In this document: positions 32,769 to 42,531 of the stretch, piece by piece
How positions within the stretch are numbered: position 1 is the first letter of the stretch
How the letters are laid out: every line of letters starts with the position of its first letter
Source: Patescibacteria group bacterium
GTDB lineage: Bacteria > Patescibacteriota > Patescibacteriia > JACRDY01
Assembly (NCBI GenBank): GCA_041653535.1
Contig: JBAZFH010000002.1
Span: 173,011 to 237,010, forward strand
DNA length: 64,000 nucleotides
Reading direction: 5' to 3'
Notes under the pieces: generated by a model
Seen by the model: only the letters and a program-made list of their open reading frames with translations
What the model was told of the DNA's origin: nothing
The model's database searches: none
Translations under genes and position numbers: made by a program

Positions 32769-33797
32769 TTGGCTATGTCTCTTGCTACCAAGGCGTACAA
32801 TTTTATTATTTACAATCGTCTGGTCAAACGTCTTGCCGGATGGTTTTTGCGTCAGCGGTTTTTTAATCAAAATTATTTTTATCAACAGAAATACCAGCGG
32901 TTACTAAAAAATAAAATGGGAAAATATCAGCGAGTGCCTTTTCGGGTGATGATTGAGAACACCAATGCATGCAATTCCAACTGTGTTTTTTGCCCGCATC
33001 CGGCAATGAAAAGAAAAATCGGCAATATGTCGATGGAGCTTTTTCAAAAAATTGTCGATCAGTGTGTTAGCCTAGGCATTGATTATGTTACCATCTATGG
33101 CTTTGGCGAGCCGCTGCTCGACCCTGAGTTTGTCGCCAAAGTAAAATACGCCAAAAGTCGCGGTATCAAAAGAGTGACTACTAACACCAACGGCGCGCTT
33201 TTAACCGAAGAAAGAAGTAGAGCGCTTGTCGAAGCCGGCATTGATGAGATCTATATCAGCTTTGACGCAGCAACAGCTGAAACCTTTCGCAAGATTCGTC
33301 CGGCTCTTAACTTCGATAAAATAGAAAAAAATATTTTCGACTTGGCCAGGATCAGAAAAGAAATGGGATCAAAAAAACCAGAAATAGTTTTGAGTTTTGT
33401 CGAGACTGGCGACAACAAACAAGAAGTAAAAAAATATATCAAAAAATGGCAAAAAACAGTTGATCATATTTCTATTTCTTTCATCCATAACTGGACAGGT
33501 GACCTTTTTGATAAGCTAAAAATAAAACAGCGAGATTGGCTACGTGATCCGTGTCGTTTGATTTGGACCGACATGGTAATCAGCTGGGACGGCACAGTGC
33601 CGCTTTGTTGTAACGACTACGAAAATAAAATAATTTTAGGTGATATTAACAAGCAGACGGTTGCCGAGGTTTGGGGCGGAGAAAAGCTGCGGCAATTTCG
33701 TTATTATCATCAAAAAGGAGAATTTAAGAGTATTAACATTTGTGCTGATTGTGTGTATAATTGTCATCATAAGTCGCCATGGTGGGTCGGCAAATAA
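32769..33797 (+). CDS. Radical SAM enzyme with a C-terminal SPASM/twitch Cys-rich domain.
   Basis: The CNSNCVFCP (C-x3-C-x2-C) motif. C-terminal Cys run CCNDYE...CADCVYNC. Confidence 0.8.
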   Translation: MAMSLATKAYNFIIYNRLVKRLAGWFLRQRFFNQNYFYQQKYQRLLKNKMGKYQRVPFRVMIENTNACNSNCVFCPHPAMKRKIGNMSMELFQKIVDQCVSLGIDYVTIYGFGEPLLDPEFVAKVKYAKSRGIKRVTTNTNGALLTEERSRALVEAGIDEIYISFDAATAETFRKIRPALNFDKIEKNIFDLARIRKEMGSKKPEIVLSFVETGDNKQEVKKYIKKWQKTVDHISISFIHNWTGDLFDKLKIKQRDWLRDPCRLIWTDMVISWDGTVPLCCNDYENKIILGDINKQTVAEVWGGEKLRQFRYYHQKGEFKSINICADCVYNCHHKSPWWVGK

Positions 33798-33806
33798 ACC
33801 TTTAAT

Positions 33807-34424
33807 ATGTCAAAAAGGCAAGATCGCGCTACTATTACCAGAATAAAAAAAATATCCCGGTTGATACCAGGCGGGAAAATTTTAGATATTGGTTGCCGGG
33901 AAAATTTATTACAAGATTTTTTACCAGCAGGAACGGAATACTTCGGTTTAGAAGTGAGTAGTACCAACAGCAGCCAAAACGGGGAAAAAAATAAATTTTT
34001 GCCGCAAGGAATTTGTGATGACAAGTCGAGAGAGGTTTTTGGCGATTTGAAATTTGACGCAGTAGTTTTGGCGGAAACCCTGGAACACTTATTAGAGCCT
34101 TTTCAAGCTCTGGATAATATAAAATTTTTATTGCGCGACGGCGGTCAGCTTATTGGTAGTGTGCCGAACGCCGTTGCCTGGCGTTATTTCTTTTTTTTGG
34201 AATTATTAGGTGACGGAATGAACGATTTTGTTGCGCCGAAATGGGATGGTCATGAGCACTTTTTTGCTTTTAATAAATATATTTTAAGAACGCTTTTAAT
34301 GCGAGCAGGGTTTAAAAAAATAACGATCAAAGAGTGGGGAAGCTGGATTCCTGGTACAGGAATTTTTTTACCTTTCAATTTTCGCGGTTCGCATTTGATT
34401 TTCACGGCGGAAAAACAATCTTGA
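33807..34424 (+). CDS. Class I SAM-dependent methyltransferase.
   Basis: ILDIGCRENLL motif I region and a Rossmann layout, 205 aa. Confidence 0.6.
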   Translation: MSKRQDRATITRIKKISRLIPGGKILDIGCRENLLQDFLPAGTEYFGLEVSSTNSSQNGEKNKFLPQGICDDKSREVFGDLKFDAVVLAETLEHLLEPFQALDNIKFLLRDGGQLIGSVPNAVAWRYFFFLELLGDGMNDFVAPKWDGHEHFFAFNKYILRTLLMRAGFKKITIKEWGSWIPGTGIFLPFNFRGSHLIFTAEKQS

Positions 34425-34452
34425 AGTTTTAATCAACTTAATCGTTAAAAGT

Positions 34453-35871
34453 ATGGCACAAGTGGTTTTAATTCAGGCTTCTATGGGATTTTATGGCGAT
34501 GAAGGAATAGTCGCCGACCAGACTTCTAATCCGCCGATGGGTCTTTTATATATTGCTGCTTATTTAGAAAAATACGGAGTTTCGGTCAGACTAATTGATC
34601 CTTTTCCGGAACAGCTCAATTTAGCTGATATCCTCAAAGAGATTGAATTAGAAAAACCCTTGGTTATCGGTATTTCTGCTATGACTCCGGGTATTCCTAC
34701 TGCTTACAAAATGGCGCAAGCCATTCGCGGGCGGTTTGGTCCGCGACCTTTTATAGGCGTCGGAGGTATTCATACGAGCGTTGATCCGGGTTTTATTGAT
34801 CGTTATCCAATTTTTGATTTTGAAGTCGTTGGGGAAGGGGAGGTAACTTTTTACGAAGTCCTTCAAACTGTTTTGGCTGGTAAAATACCGCAGAAAAAAT
34901 ATTTTGGTAAAATTATAGAAAATCTTGATGATTTGCCTTTTCCCGCCAGACATCTTTTGCGAGGTAGATATTTTTGTCCGCACGATGAAACAGAGGCAGA
35001 TGATCCGGAAGTAACTATTATTGCTTCACGAGGCTGTCCTTTTCACTGCATTTTTTGTTCCAAGCCGGGATTTAGGGATCGTTATCGCTATCGTTCGGCA
35101 AAAAATATTGTAGACGAAATGGAAAGAGATTATAAACTATGCAACGGCAAGTTTAATTTTGTTGACGATACCATCGGAGCCAATCAGCAGAGAGCGATAG
35201 AGTTTTGCGAAGAAATAATGTCACGAAAACTAAAGGTTCAGTTTGCCGTCCAGATGAGAGCAACTGACGCCAGCGATGTTTTTTTTAAAAAATTAGCGGC
35301 ATCAGGTTGTCGCGAAATATTTTTTGGTGTTGAATCCGGCAGTAATCGAGTGAGAAATGAAATAATCGAAAAAAGAGTCCCAGAGGAAAAATTATTTGAG
35401 GCGGTTAAACTTTGCCGTCGTTATGGCATGCAGTCAAATTTTTACCTGATGCTCGGATTTCCTACGGAAACAAAAAAAGATTTAGAAGATACGGTCAATA
35501 TCGGCGTCAGGACCAAAGTTGATTTTATCGGTTTGCATGTTACTCAGATCATTCCCGGGTCCCGTTTGTATGATTTAGCCATCAAAGAAGGTAAGATGTC
35601 TAACGATCTGTTGGATCAATATATTCGTGGCGAGTTAGGTAATAATTTTTTTGAAGTTTTTCCAAAATATATTCCCGATGGTTTGACGATTAAAGATTTA
35701 GAGGCTGCCAGAACACTTGCTTATCGTAAATTTTTTATCAATCCTGGTTGGTGGTATCGTCGCATCAGGTCTTATTTCAAACACCCCGATCGGTTGGTTA
35801 AAGATTGGAAACAATTCAGATTAGGAATTTATGTTTTAATTCACGGGCATACTAAATCGGCAGCATCTTAG
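34453..35871 (+). CDS. B12-binding-domain radical SAM enzyme (class B).
   Basis: N-terminal B12-like domain (GLLYIAAYLEKYGVSVRLIDP...IGISAMT), then the ASRGCPFHCIFCSKP C-x3-C-x2-C motif. Confidence 0.8.
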   Translation: MAQVVLIQASMGFYGDEGIVADQTSNPPMGLLYIAAYLEKYGVSVRLIDPFPEQLNLADILKEIELEKPLVIGISAMTPGIPTAYKMAQAIRGRFGPRPFIGVGGIHTSVDPGFIDRYPIFDFEVVGEGEVTFYEVLQTVLAGKIPQKKYFGKIIENLDDLPFPARHLLRGRYFCPHDETEADDPEVTIIASRGCPFHCIFCSKPGFRDRYRYRSAKNIVDEMERDYKLCNGKFNFVDDTIGANQQRAIEFCEEIMSRKLKVQFAVQMRATDASDVFFKKLAASGCREIFFGVESGSNRVRNEIIEKRVPEEKLFEAVKLCRRYGMQSNFYLMLGFPTETKKDLEDTVNIGVRTKVDFIGLHVTQIIPGSRLYDLAIKEGKMSNDLLDQYIRGELGNNFFEVFPKYIPDGLTIKDLEAARTLAYRKFFINPGWWYRRIRSYFKHPDRLVKDWKQFRLGIYVLIHGHTKSAAS

Positions 35872-35900
35872 TTTCTCATTTTCTAAAACAGTTTTTTAAT

Positions 35901-38342
35901 ATGAAAAGACTTTTCCAGTCCAAACATTTTTGGCCGGTTTTGATTGTTGTTTTGGCCGGTTTGGCGGTTTTTACTTGGTTTAAGGGCGATTTGATTTTTA
36001 GTTATGGCGACGTGAGGTTCAATTTTTCTCCTCTGGAAACTTTTAAAAACTATTTTTATACTTGGAGCAGAGAAGATACCGGCTCGCCGGTAATACAGGC
36101 GATGCCGTTTATTTTTTACCAAATTTGTTTGGCTATTTGGGCAAAGATCGGTCTGCCATTATTTTTATTCCAACGGTTGGCTTATTATTTTTTGTTTGTT
36201 TCCGGCGGTTTGGGGGTCTATGTTTTGTTAACTACTGTTTTTCGCGGCGAACGACGTTATTTAATAGGGCTGTTAGCAGCTCTTTTTTATATGTTTAATA
36301 TTTATGCTCTAGTTATGGTTTGGGGCATGGGTATCCAGATTATTTATTTTTATCCTTTTTTGCCATGGTTGCTAACCCTTTTTATTAGGGGGATAGAGGG
36401 TGGGAAGGTGATAATCTATTTGCTTCTTTTTTCTCTGCTCAATTTTTTAGTCGCTATTGCTTACAGTAACGCTTCTTATGTGGTTTTAGTCTGGTTGCCG
36501 ATTTTTGCTTATTTTATTTTTTATTTGTTTGTTAATCGTCGTGACCGGCAAAAGGTCAGGGTCGCTTGTATTTTTACAGCTTTATTGGTGGTCGTTTGGT
36601 TATTGCTAAACCTTTATTGGTTAGTACCTTTTGTCTATGATATTTCTTCTTTTTCTTCAGCCGCTTTGAAAAATGCAGCTTATTCTCACAGTTTGGGCGA
36701 GACGGTTCGGGGTGCGAGCGTGACGGCACATTTGTCTAATGCCGTCAGACTTTTTGGCTATCAGCCTTTTGATGATAATTTTTCTTATGCGCCAGGAGAT
36801 TATTTTCATTCGTATTCGCCGGTCTATAACGGCAAAATATTTTTTACTATACTTAGCTATACTATTCCGCTGCTAGCTTTGGGAAGTTTATTATTTTTAT
36901 TTAAAGAAGAGAAAAAAGAAAAAAGGCGTTTAGTGTTTTTTTTGTTGTTTTCAGTTGCCGCTTTATTTTTGTATAAGGGATCGCAACCTCCGTTTGGAGG
37001 CTTATATGTTTGGGCAGTAAACAAGTTTTCTTTGTTTGGTGCTTTTCGTCATCCGATGGGGAAATTCGGCACGTTTCTTGTCTTGGGTTATGCTGTCTTG
37101 ATCGGCTACACTCTCAGCGAAATTTATTTGTGGTTAAAGAAGAAAATAAATGCAACTAATGCCAAAACAGTTTTGGTTGTTATTTGTGTTTTATTGTTTG
37201 TTATTTATCAGTATCCATTTTGGCAAGGAGATGTTTTTCATGAAAAAGGACTAATTTCTCGGTCAGCTTTAGTGGGCGTTCCTGATTATTATCGAGAGGC
37301 GGCTGGCTGGCTGGCGACGCAGCCGGAAAATTTTAGAATTTATCCTGTGCCTGAGACGGGTTTTTTTGGTACCGCGTTGCGTTGGGATAACGGTTACGAT
37401 GGAGCTGATCCCGCCTATCCTCTTTTATTACGATCGGTAACGCATTTGATGAATGAAAACGGAATCGAAATAAAAATTTGGGACGAAATTTCAGCCGAGA
37501 CGGTTAACGAGCAAAACGCGGCATTATTGATGGGACTGCTAAATACTAAATATGCTATGGTGAGAAAAGACGTGGCGAAAGAATATTTTAATATGCCGAA
37601 AGTCACTTTTGATCTGGCCGTGAAGCATTTGGAAAAAGAAGAAATAGCCGGCTTAAAATTCGATCGGAATATTGGTCAGTTGGATTTTTATTTGTTGGAG
37701 GATAAATATTTTTATCCTCGTATCTACGTTCCGACATTTTGCGCTCTAAGCTCCGATTGGTTGCAAGCCTTGAAATTAGTCAACACTAGACTGGAAAAAG
37801 ACAAGATAGCGATTTTTACTTCTACGGATCCGGAGAAAACCTTTGGTCAGATCCGTAAAGATTCAGCCTTTGATTTTAGTGCTACGGCGGTTTTGGACGG
37901 CAAAAAAGAATCATTGGAAAATCTGACGTTGAAAACGGCACCAGACATAAAATTTGAAAGAATAAACCCGACAAAATATCGAGTCGAAGTTAGTAATGCC
38001 CAAGGTAACTTTCTTTTGGTACTGTCAGATAGTTTTAATAATGAATGGAAAGCCTATTTAATACCTGATACAAAGCGGGTTAATAGTTTTTTTGGTCAGA
38101 TTGCCGAAACGTGGAGTTTGCAGCCGATTGCCGATGATAAGCACTTTTGGGTTAATAAATACGCTAATGCTTGGTATGTGGAGCGACCGGAACAAAAAGA
38201 GGACTTTACCATTATTTTAGAATTTTGGCCGCAGCGCCTAGTTTATTGGAGCTTGACCGCAAGTGTCGTTGCCTGGTTGGTTTTTATTATAGTATTGATT
38301 ATTGTTAGCCGAAAAAAAAGAAAGTCAATTAAAGATATTTAG
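35901..38342 (+). CDS. Large polytopic membrane protein (putative GT-C-fold glycosyltransferase, YfhO/AftD-like), with a C-terminal EFWPQR-TM anchor.
   Basis: 813 aa. About 12 N-terminal TM helices, a large soluble domain and a terminal TM. Paralogous to the 54459-57677 protein: INPTKY..., NNEWKAYL / NFNTFWRVYV, YANAWYVERP / YANGWWIKRP, and ILEFWPQRLVYW / IIEFWPQRIYYL. Confidence 0.55.
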   Translation: MKRLFQSKHFWPVLIVVLAGLAVFTWFKGDLIFSYGDVRFNFSPLETFKNYFYTWSREDTGSPVIQAMPFIFYQICLAIWAKIGLPLFLFQRLAYYFLFVSGGLGVYVLLTTVFRGERRYLIGLLAALFYMFNIYALVMVWGMGIQIIYFYPFLPWLLTLFIRGIEGGKVIIYLLLFSLLNFLVAIAYSNASYVVLVWLPIFAYFIFYLFVNRRDRQKVRVACIFTALLVVVWLLLNLYWLVPFVYDISSFSSAALKNAAYSHSLGETVRGASVTAHLSNAVRLFGYQPFDDNFSYAPGDYFHSYSPVYNGKIFFTILSYTIPLLALGSLLFLFKEEKKEKRRLVFFLLFSVAALFLYKGSQPPFGGLYVWAVNKFSLFGAFRHPMGKFGTFLVLGYAVLIGYTLSEIYLWLKKKINATNAKTVLVVICVLLFVIYQYPFWQGDVFHEKGLISRSALVGVPDYYREAAGWLATQPENFRIYPVPETGFFGTALRWDNGYDGADPAYPLLLRSVTHLMNENGIEIKIWDEISAETVNEQNAALLMGLLNTKYAMVRKDVAKEYFNMPKVTFDLAVKHLEKEEIAGLKFDRNIGQLDFYLLEDKYFYPRIYVPTFCALSSDWLQALKLVNTRLEKDKIAIFTSTDPEKTFGQIRKDSAFDFSATAVLDGKKESLENLTLKTAPDIKFERINPTKYRVEVSNAQGNFLLVLSDSFNNEWKAYLIPDTKRVNSFFGQIAETWSLQPIADDKHFWVNKYANAWYVERPEQKEDFTIILEFWPQRLVYWSLTASVVAWLVFIIVLIIVSRKKRKSIKDI

Positions 38343-38409
38343 AAAATTGAGAAAAATTTGGCTATCTTTACAAGAAAAGTTAATGGGAGTAGACTGTAAA
38401 AACTAAAAT

Positions 38410-39567
38410 ATGTCCAAGAAAATCTACATAATAGCCAATACCATGATAGAACCGGGCATGAGCGGCGGTAATAGAATTTTTATTGAATTAGCCAAAAATT
38501 GGGTAAAAACCGGTCATCAGGTTACGGTTTTTACCTCTCCTGTTGGTAAGCAGATTTGTCAGGCTAATGATTTGATGGGCGCTCGGTATGTCACTTGGCC
38601 GGCACAAAATTTTCGCTTTTTAGGGATTTTCGGTCAATACTTTGTCGGTGTTTTTTGGGGTTTATGGAATGCGCTAAAAAGTTGGCGCGGATTTGAAAAT
38701 GTTATTGTTTGGTCAACGTCTGATTTTTGGCCGGATGCTTTATCGGGATTACTTTTTAAAATCATTAACCCCAAATGTTTCTGGATTGCTTCGGTATTTA
38801 TGTTTGCTCCGAATCCTTTCAAACAGACTAAATTTTACGTCAAAGCTTTTTTACATTTTATTACCCAGAAACCAATTTATTTTCTCAGTAAAAAAATAGC
38901 GCAGATGATTTTTGTTACCAATGACGGTGACAGAGATTTTGTTGTAGGCGATGGAGTGCCGGCCGAGCGGGTAGTATCGATCCGCGGCGGCGTTAATCTT
39001 GATTATATTCAAAGTATCAGAGCCGAAGGAAAAAAATATCTTGGTATTTTTATGGGACGGGTGCATCGCCACAAAGGAATTTTAGAGCTGCTTGATGTCT
39101 GGAGAAAGGTTTGTGATGTTATGCCGCAGGCCAAGCTAGCAGTGGTAGGAGAAGGTCCACAGGAAAAAGAAGCCAAAGAAAAAGCGGAAAAATTGGGATT
39201 AAAAAATAATGTCGTATTTTTTGGTTTTGTGGATGGTGACTACAAATATATTTTGATGAAAGAAAGTCAGATGTTTTTACATTCCTCGGTCTGGGATAGC
39301 GGCGGCATGAGTGCGGCCGAAGGCATGGCTTGCGGTTTGCCGGTAGTTGGTTATGATTTGCCGGCTTTCAAAACATATTATCCTAAAGGTATGCTCAAAG
39401 CGCCGCTTGGAGATCGGGATAAATATGCCGAATTGATTATCAGTCTAGCAAACGATGTTAGTCTTTATCAAAAGATCAGCGCTAAAGCTCTAGACTGGGC
39501 AAATGGTTGGGACTGGGCGGTAAATGCTAGTCGTATTATGCAAGCGATTGATGGAATTTTAAAATAA
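38410..39567 (+). CDS. GT4 glycosyltransferase.
   Basis: 385 aa. Two GT-B halves. C-terminal EGMACGLPVVGYDLPAF motif. Confidence 0.8.
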   Translation: MSKKIYIIANTMIEPGMSGGNRIFIELAKNWVKTGHQVTVFTSPVGKQICQANDLMGARYVTWPAQNFRFLGIFGQYFVGVFWGLWNALKSWRGFENVIVWSTSDFWPDALSGLLFKIINPKCFWIASVFMFAPNPFKQTKFYVKAFLHFITQKPIYFLSKKIAQMIFVTNDGDRDFVVGDGVPAERVVSIRGGVNLDYIQSIRAEGKKYLGIFMGRVHRHKGILELLDVWRKVCDVMPQAKLAVVGEGPQEKEAKEKAEKLGLKNNVVFFGFVDGDYKYILMKESQMFLHSSVWDSGGMSAAEGMACGLPVVGYDLPAFKTYYPKGMLKAPLGDRDKYAELIISLANDVSLYQKISAKALDWANGWDWAVNASRIMQAIDGILK

Positions 39568-39574
39568 TTTTTAT

Positions 39575-40240
39575 ATGTTTAATGAACAAAAAGGTTCTAA
39601 GGCTTATCCTGAATATGATCCGACTGACGAGGACTCGGAGATTTCTCGGCTTTATAAGTTAATCAAAGAACAACCGTTGGAGCAGTCAGATGCTGCTGTG
39701 TGGTTGGAGGGCGAAGCAGACGACCGCAATGTAAAGTGTATAAGGATCGTTCAGAGTGATTATGCACCCAAGCTAGTTTTATCGGGTGGCGTTGATAAGG
39801 CGCCAACGGATATTCCATCTCAAAAAATGGCCGAGGTGTTCGTTCAATCTGGAATTAGTCGTGATCAAATCATTATAGACCCTACGTCTTTGAATACGAA
39901 GGAGCAGGCAGTAAATGTTTTGCGTTTAGTTAAAGATAATGATTGGCACAAAATAATCTTAGTAGCTAATCCATATCACCAGATTAGAGTTTTTTTGACT
40001 TTTTTGGCGGAGCTTAAAAAACAAGGTATGGACAAGATGGTTAAAATCATCAATGCCCCAGCGGATTTGAATTGGTTTAGGACCACAGCTCGAGGTCGCG
40101 ATGAAGTTGATTTGTTTAACGAAGAAGAAATCCCTCGGTTGATAAAATATGGTCAGGATGGTGTTGATGGCAAAAAAGCAGACGTCGCTAAGTTATCAGA
40201 GGGCTTAGATTATATAGAATATTGGAATAATCAATTATAA
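39575..40240 (+). CDS. DUF218 (YdcF/ElyC/SanA-like) domain protein.
   Basis: LVLSGGVDKAP...QKMAEVFVQSGISRDQIIIDPTSLNTKEQA...ILVANPYHQIRVF fits the DUF218 pattern. Confidence 0.5.
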   Translation: MFNEQKGSKAYPEYDPTDEDSEISRLYKLIKEQPLEQSDAAVWLEGEADDRNVKCIRIVQSDYAPKLVLSGGVDKAPTDIPSQKMAEVFVQSGISRDQIIIDPTSLNTKEQAVNVLRLVKDNDWHKIILVANPYHQIRVFLTFLAELKKQGMDKMVKIINAPADLNWFRTTARGRDEVDLFNEEEIPRLIKYGQDGVDGKKADVAKLSEGLDYIEYWNNQL

Positions 40241-40249
40241 ATTTATTTT

Positions 40250-41266
40250 ATGTTCAGAGGCAAAAGAATACTAGTTACCGGGGGGACGGGATCGTTTGGC
40301 CATCAAATAGTTAATGATTTGATTCCTTACGAACCGGCCGAGATACGGGTTTTTTCCCGTGATGAAAAAAAGCAGCACGACATGCGTTTGGAATATCCGG
40401 ATGTTAAGTTTTTAACTTTTGTTATTGGTGATGTTCGCGATGCTGCGTCAGTACGATCAGCAATGAGAGGAATTGATATAGTTTTCAACGCCGCGGCATT
40501 AAAACAAGTTCCTTCCTGCGAATATCATGTTATCCAGGCAGTCAAAACCAACATTCTTGGTCCGCACAACGTTATCGAAGCGGCTTTGCAAGAAGACGTT
40601 GAGAAGGTGATAACTATTTCAACAGACAAAGCGTGCGAACCGATCAACGCCATGGGTATCAGTAAGGCAATGCAAGAGCGTTTGTTTGTTTCGGCCAACC
40701 TTGAAAAAGGTAACAAAAGAACAGTCTTTGCCGGCGTTCGTTATGGCAACGTGCTTGGTTCTCGCGGGTCAGTAGTGCCGCTATTTAAACAGCTTGCCGA
40801 AGAAGGCAAGGATTTACCGATTACCGACAGACTAATGACGCGTTTTATTATTACTTTACCTCAATCAATAGAGCTAGTTTTTTATGCAGCCGAGCATGCT
40901 GTCGGTGGTGAAATGTTTGTCAAAAAAATGCCAGCGCACACCATCACTGATTTGGCAGAAATTATCTTAGCCCGACACGGCAAAAATGAAAATCAAAAGG
41001 TAGTAGAAAAAGGAATCCGTCCCGGAGAAAAGATTCATGAGAGTCTGGTTTCTCCTTCCGAGTCACTGCACTGTATTGATCAGGGCGACTACTTTGTTAT
41101 TTTGCCGCAGATATCACTACCCGATGTAGAAGCTAAATACGGTTCGTTAATAAACAATCTCCCTGGTCCGACGCAGCAAAAATCTTTCCGCTATTCTTCG
41201 GAAAATACTCAACGTCTAAGCAAAGAAGATCTTGGGGAGCTACTAAAAAATGAAGGCTGGATCTAA
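40250..41266 (+). CDS. UDP-GlcNAc inverting 4,6-dehydratase family (PseB/FlaA1/CapE/WbjB-like).
   Basis: ILVTGGTGSFGHQIV, TDKACEPINAMGISK, VRYGNVLGSRGSVVPLFK, GIRPGEKIHE and a C-terminal YSSEN. Near-collinear with the PseB/CapE family. Confidence 0.85.
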   Translation: MFRGKRILVTGGTGSFGHQIVNDLIPYEPAEIRVFSRDEKKQHDMRLEYPDVKFLTFVIGDVRDAASVRSAMRGIDIVFNAAALKQVPSCEYHVIQAVKTNILGPHNVIEAALQEDVEKVITISTDKACEPINAMGISKAMQERLFVSANLEKGNKRTVFAGVRYGNVLGSRGSVVPLFKQLAEEGKDLPITDRLMTRFIITLPQSIELVFYAAEHAVGGEMFVKKMPAHTITDLAEIILARHGKNENQKVVEKGIRPGEKIHESLVSPSESLHCIDQGDYFVILPQISLPDVEAKYGSLINNLPGPTQQKSFRYSSENTQRLSKEDLGELLKNEGWI

Positions 41267-42173
41267 AATTTTAATTACTGGCGGTAGCGGCATGCTGGGT
41301 AGCAGCCTATTTTTTACGTGGCAGGAAAAAGCTGACATTTATCTTTTGTCGCGTGAGTTGCCGGCTTACGATCAGGAAAAAAGTGTTAGCGTTGATCTAA
41401 CCGACGGGCAAAAAACTCTTGAAGCGGTAAAGAAAATAAGTCCAGATATTATCGTTCACACCGCGGCAATGACTAACGTTGACTATTGTGAAGATAACCC
41501 AGAGCAAGCGCGTGCGGTTAATGTAATGGCAACAGAAAATATTGCTTTAGCTACCAAAGAGATTGGCGCCAAACTGGTTTATATTTCTACTGATTTTGTC
41601 TTTGACGGCAAAAAAGGAAATTATACCGAGGAAGATGTGCCAAATCCTCTCAGCGTCTATGCTAAAACAAAATGGGAAGGCGAAGAAGTGGTGAGAAATA
41701 TTTTAACTGACTGGTTGATTATTCGCACTACCATCTATGGCTGGAATATTTTACAAAAAAGTTGTTTTCCCGAAGCGGTAATCAATGCTTTGAGTCAAGG
41801 TAAAGAGTTTACCCCGTTTGAAGATCAATACAGCACGCCGGTTTTTACCGAAACTCTGGCCGATGTTTTATGGCAGTTGCTGGAGAAAAATAAAATCGGA
41901 ATTTATAATGTTACTTGCAATGAAATTTTGTCTAAATATCAGTGGGCGCAGATGGTTGCTGATGAGTTCGGTCTGGATCAAAGCAGCTTACGACCGGTCC
42001 CTTTTGCGTTAGCCATACTGCGAGCGCCACGTCCGGTTAACGCTTCTTTAAATAACGCCAAGTTGCTTAGTGAACTAGGTTGGGATAAAATTAGTCTGAA
42101 AGACGATATAAAGAAAATGCATCTAAGGCAAAATTTTTATGGTCAATATAAAAAATCTAGAGAAAAAAGTTGA
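41250..42173 (+). CDS. RmlD-like NDP-4-keto-6-deoxyhexose 4-reductase (dTDP-4-dehydrorhamnose reductase family).
   Basis: ILITGGSGMLGSS, HTAAMTNVDYCE and YISTDFVFDG...YAKTKWEGE (RmlD substrate-binding domain). Overlaps the upstream gene by 17 nt. Confidence 0.8.
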   Translation: MKAGSKILITGGSGMLGSSLFFTWQEKADIYLLSRELPAYDQEKSVSVDLTDGQKTLEAVKKISPDIIVHTAAMTNVDYCEDNPEQARAVNVMATENIALATKEIGAKLVYISTDFVFDGKKGNYTEEDVPNPLSVYAKTKWEGEEVVRNILTDWLIIRTTIYGWNILQKSCFPEAVINALSQGKEFTPFEDQYSTPVFTETLADVLWQLLEKNKIGIYNVTCNEILSKYQWAQMVADEFGLDQSSLRPVPFALAILRAPRPVNASLNNAKLLSELGWDKISLKDDIKKMHLRQNFYGQYKKSREKS

Positions 42174-42525
42174 TGATCGCGGCTGGTTAGCTGAAATAAT
42201 CCGCGCCGAAGATGTCGAGCCAAAAGAATTCGGTCAGTTTTTGATTACTACCGCCAAACCAGGGATTACCAAAGGCGGTCATTACCACAAAAGAAAAAAT
42301 GAATGGTATTGTGTCATTCGCGGTAAAGCCGAGCTTTATCTAAAAAATTTGACTAGCGGGCAGGAGGAAAACGTAATTTTGGACGAAAATAATTTGCAGT
42401 TAGTAAAAATCGAGCCAAACGTTTTTCATAGCATTAAAAATATCGGTGAAGACGAAATGTATCTCCTTGCTTATACTACGGAGGTGTTCAACTCCGAAGA
42501 TCCGGATACCTTTACTCTAAGTTAA
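42139..42525 (+). CDS. Cupin-fold sugar epimerase/isomerase (RmlC / CapF-C-terminal / WxcM-like).
   Basis: 128 aa. DDRGWLAEI...GGHYHKRKNEWYCVIRGKAE...FHSIKN double-stranded beta-helix motifs. Overlaps the upstream gene. Confidence 0.65.
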   Translation: MVNIKNLEKKVDDRGWLAEIIRAEDVEPKEFGQFLITTAKPGITKGGHYHKRKNEWYCVIRGKAELYLKNLTSGQEENVILDENNLQLVKIEPNVFHSIKNIGEDEMYLLAYTTEVFNSEDPDTFTLS

Positions 42526-42531
42526 TATAAG

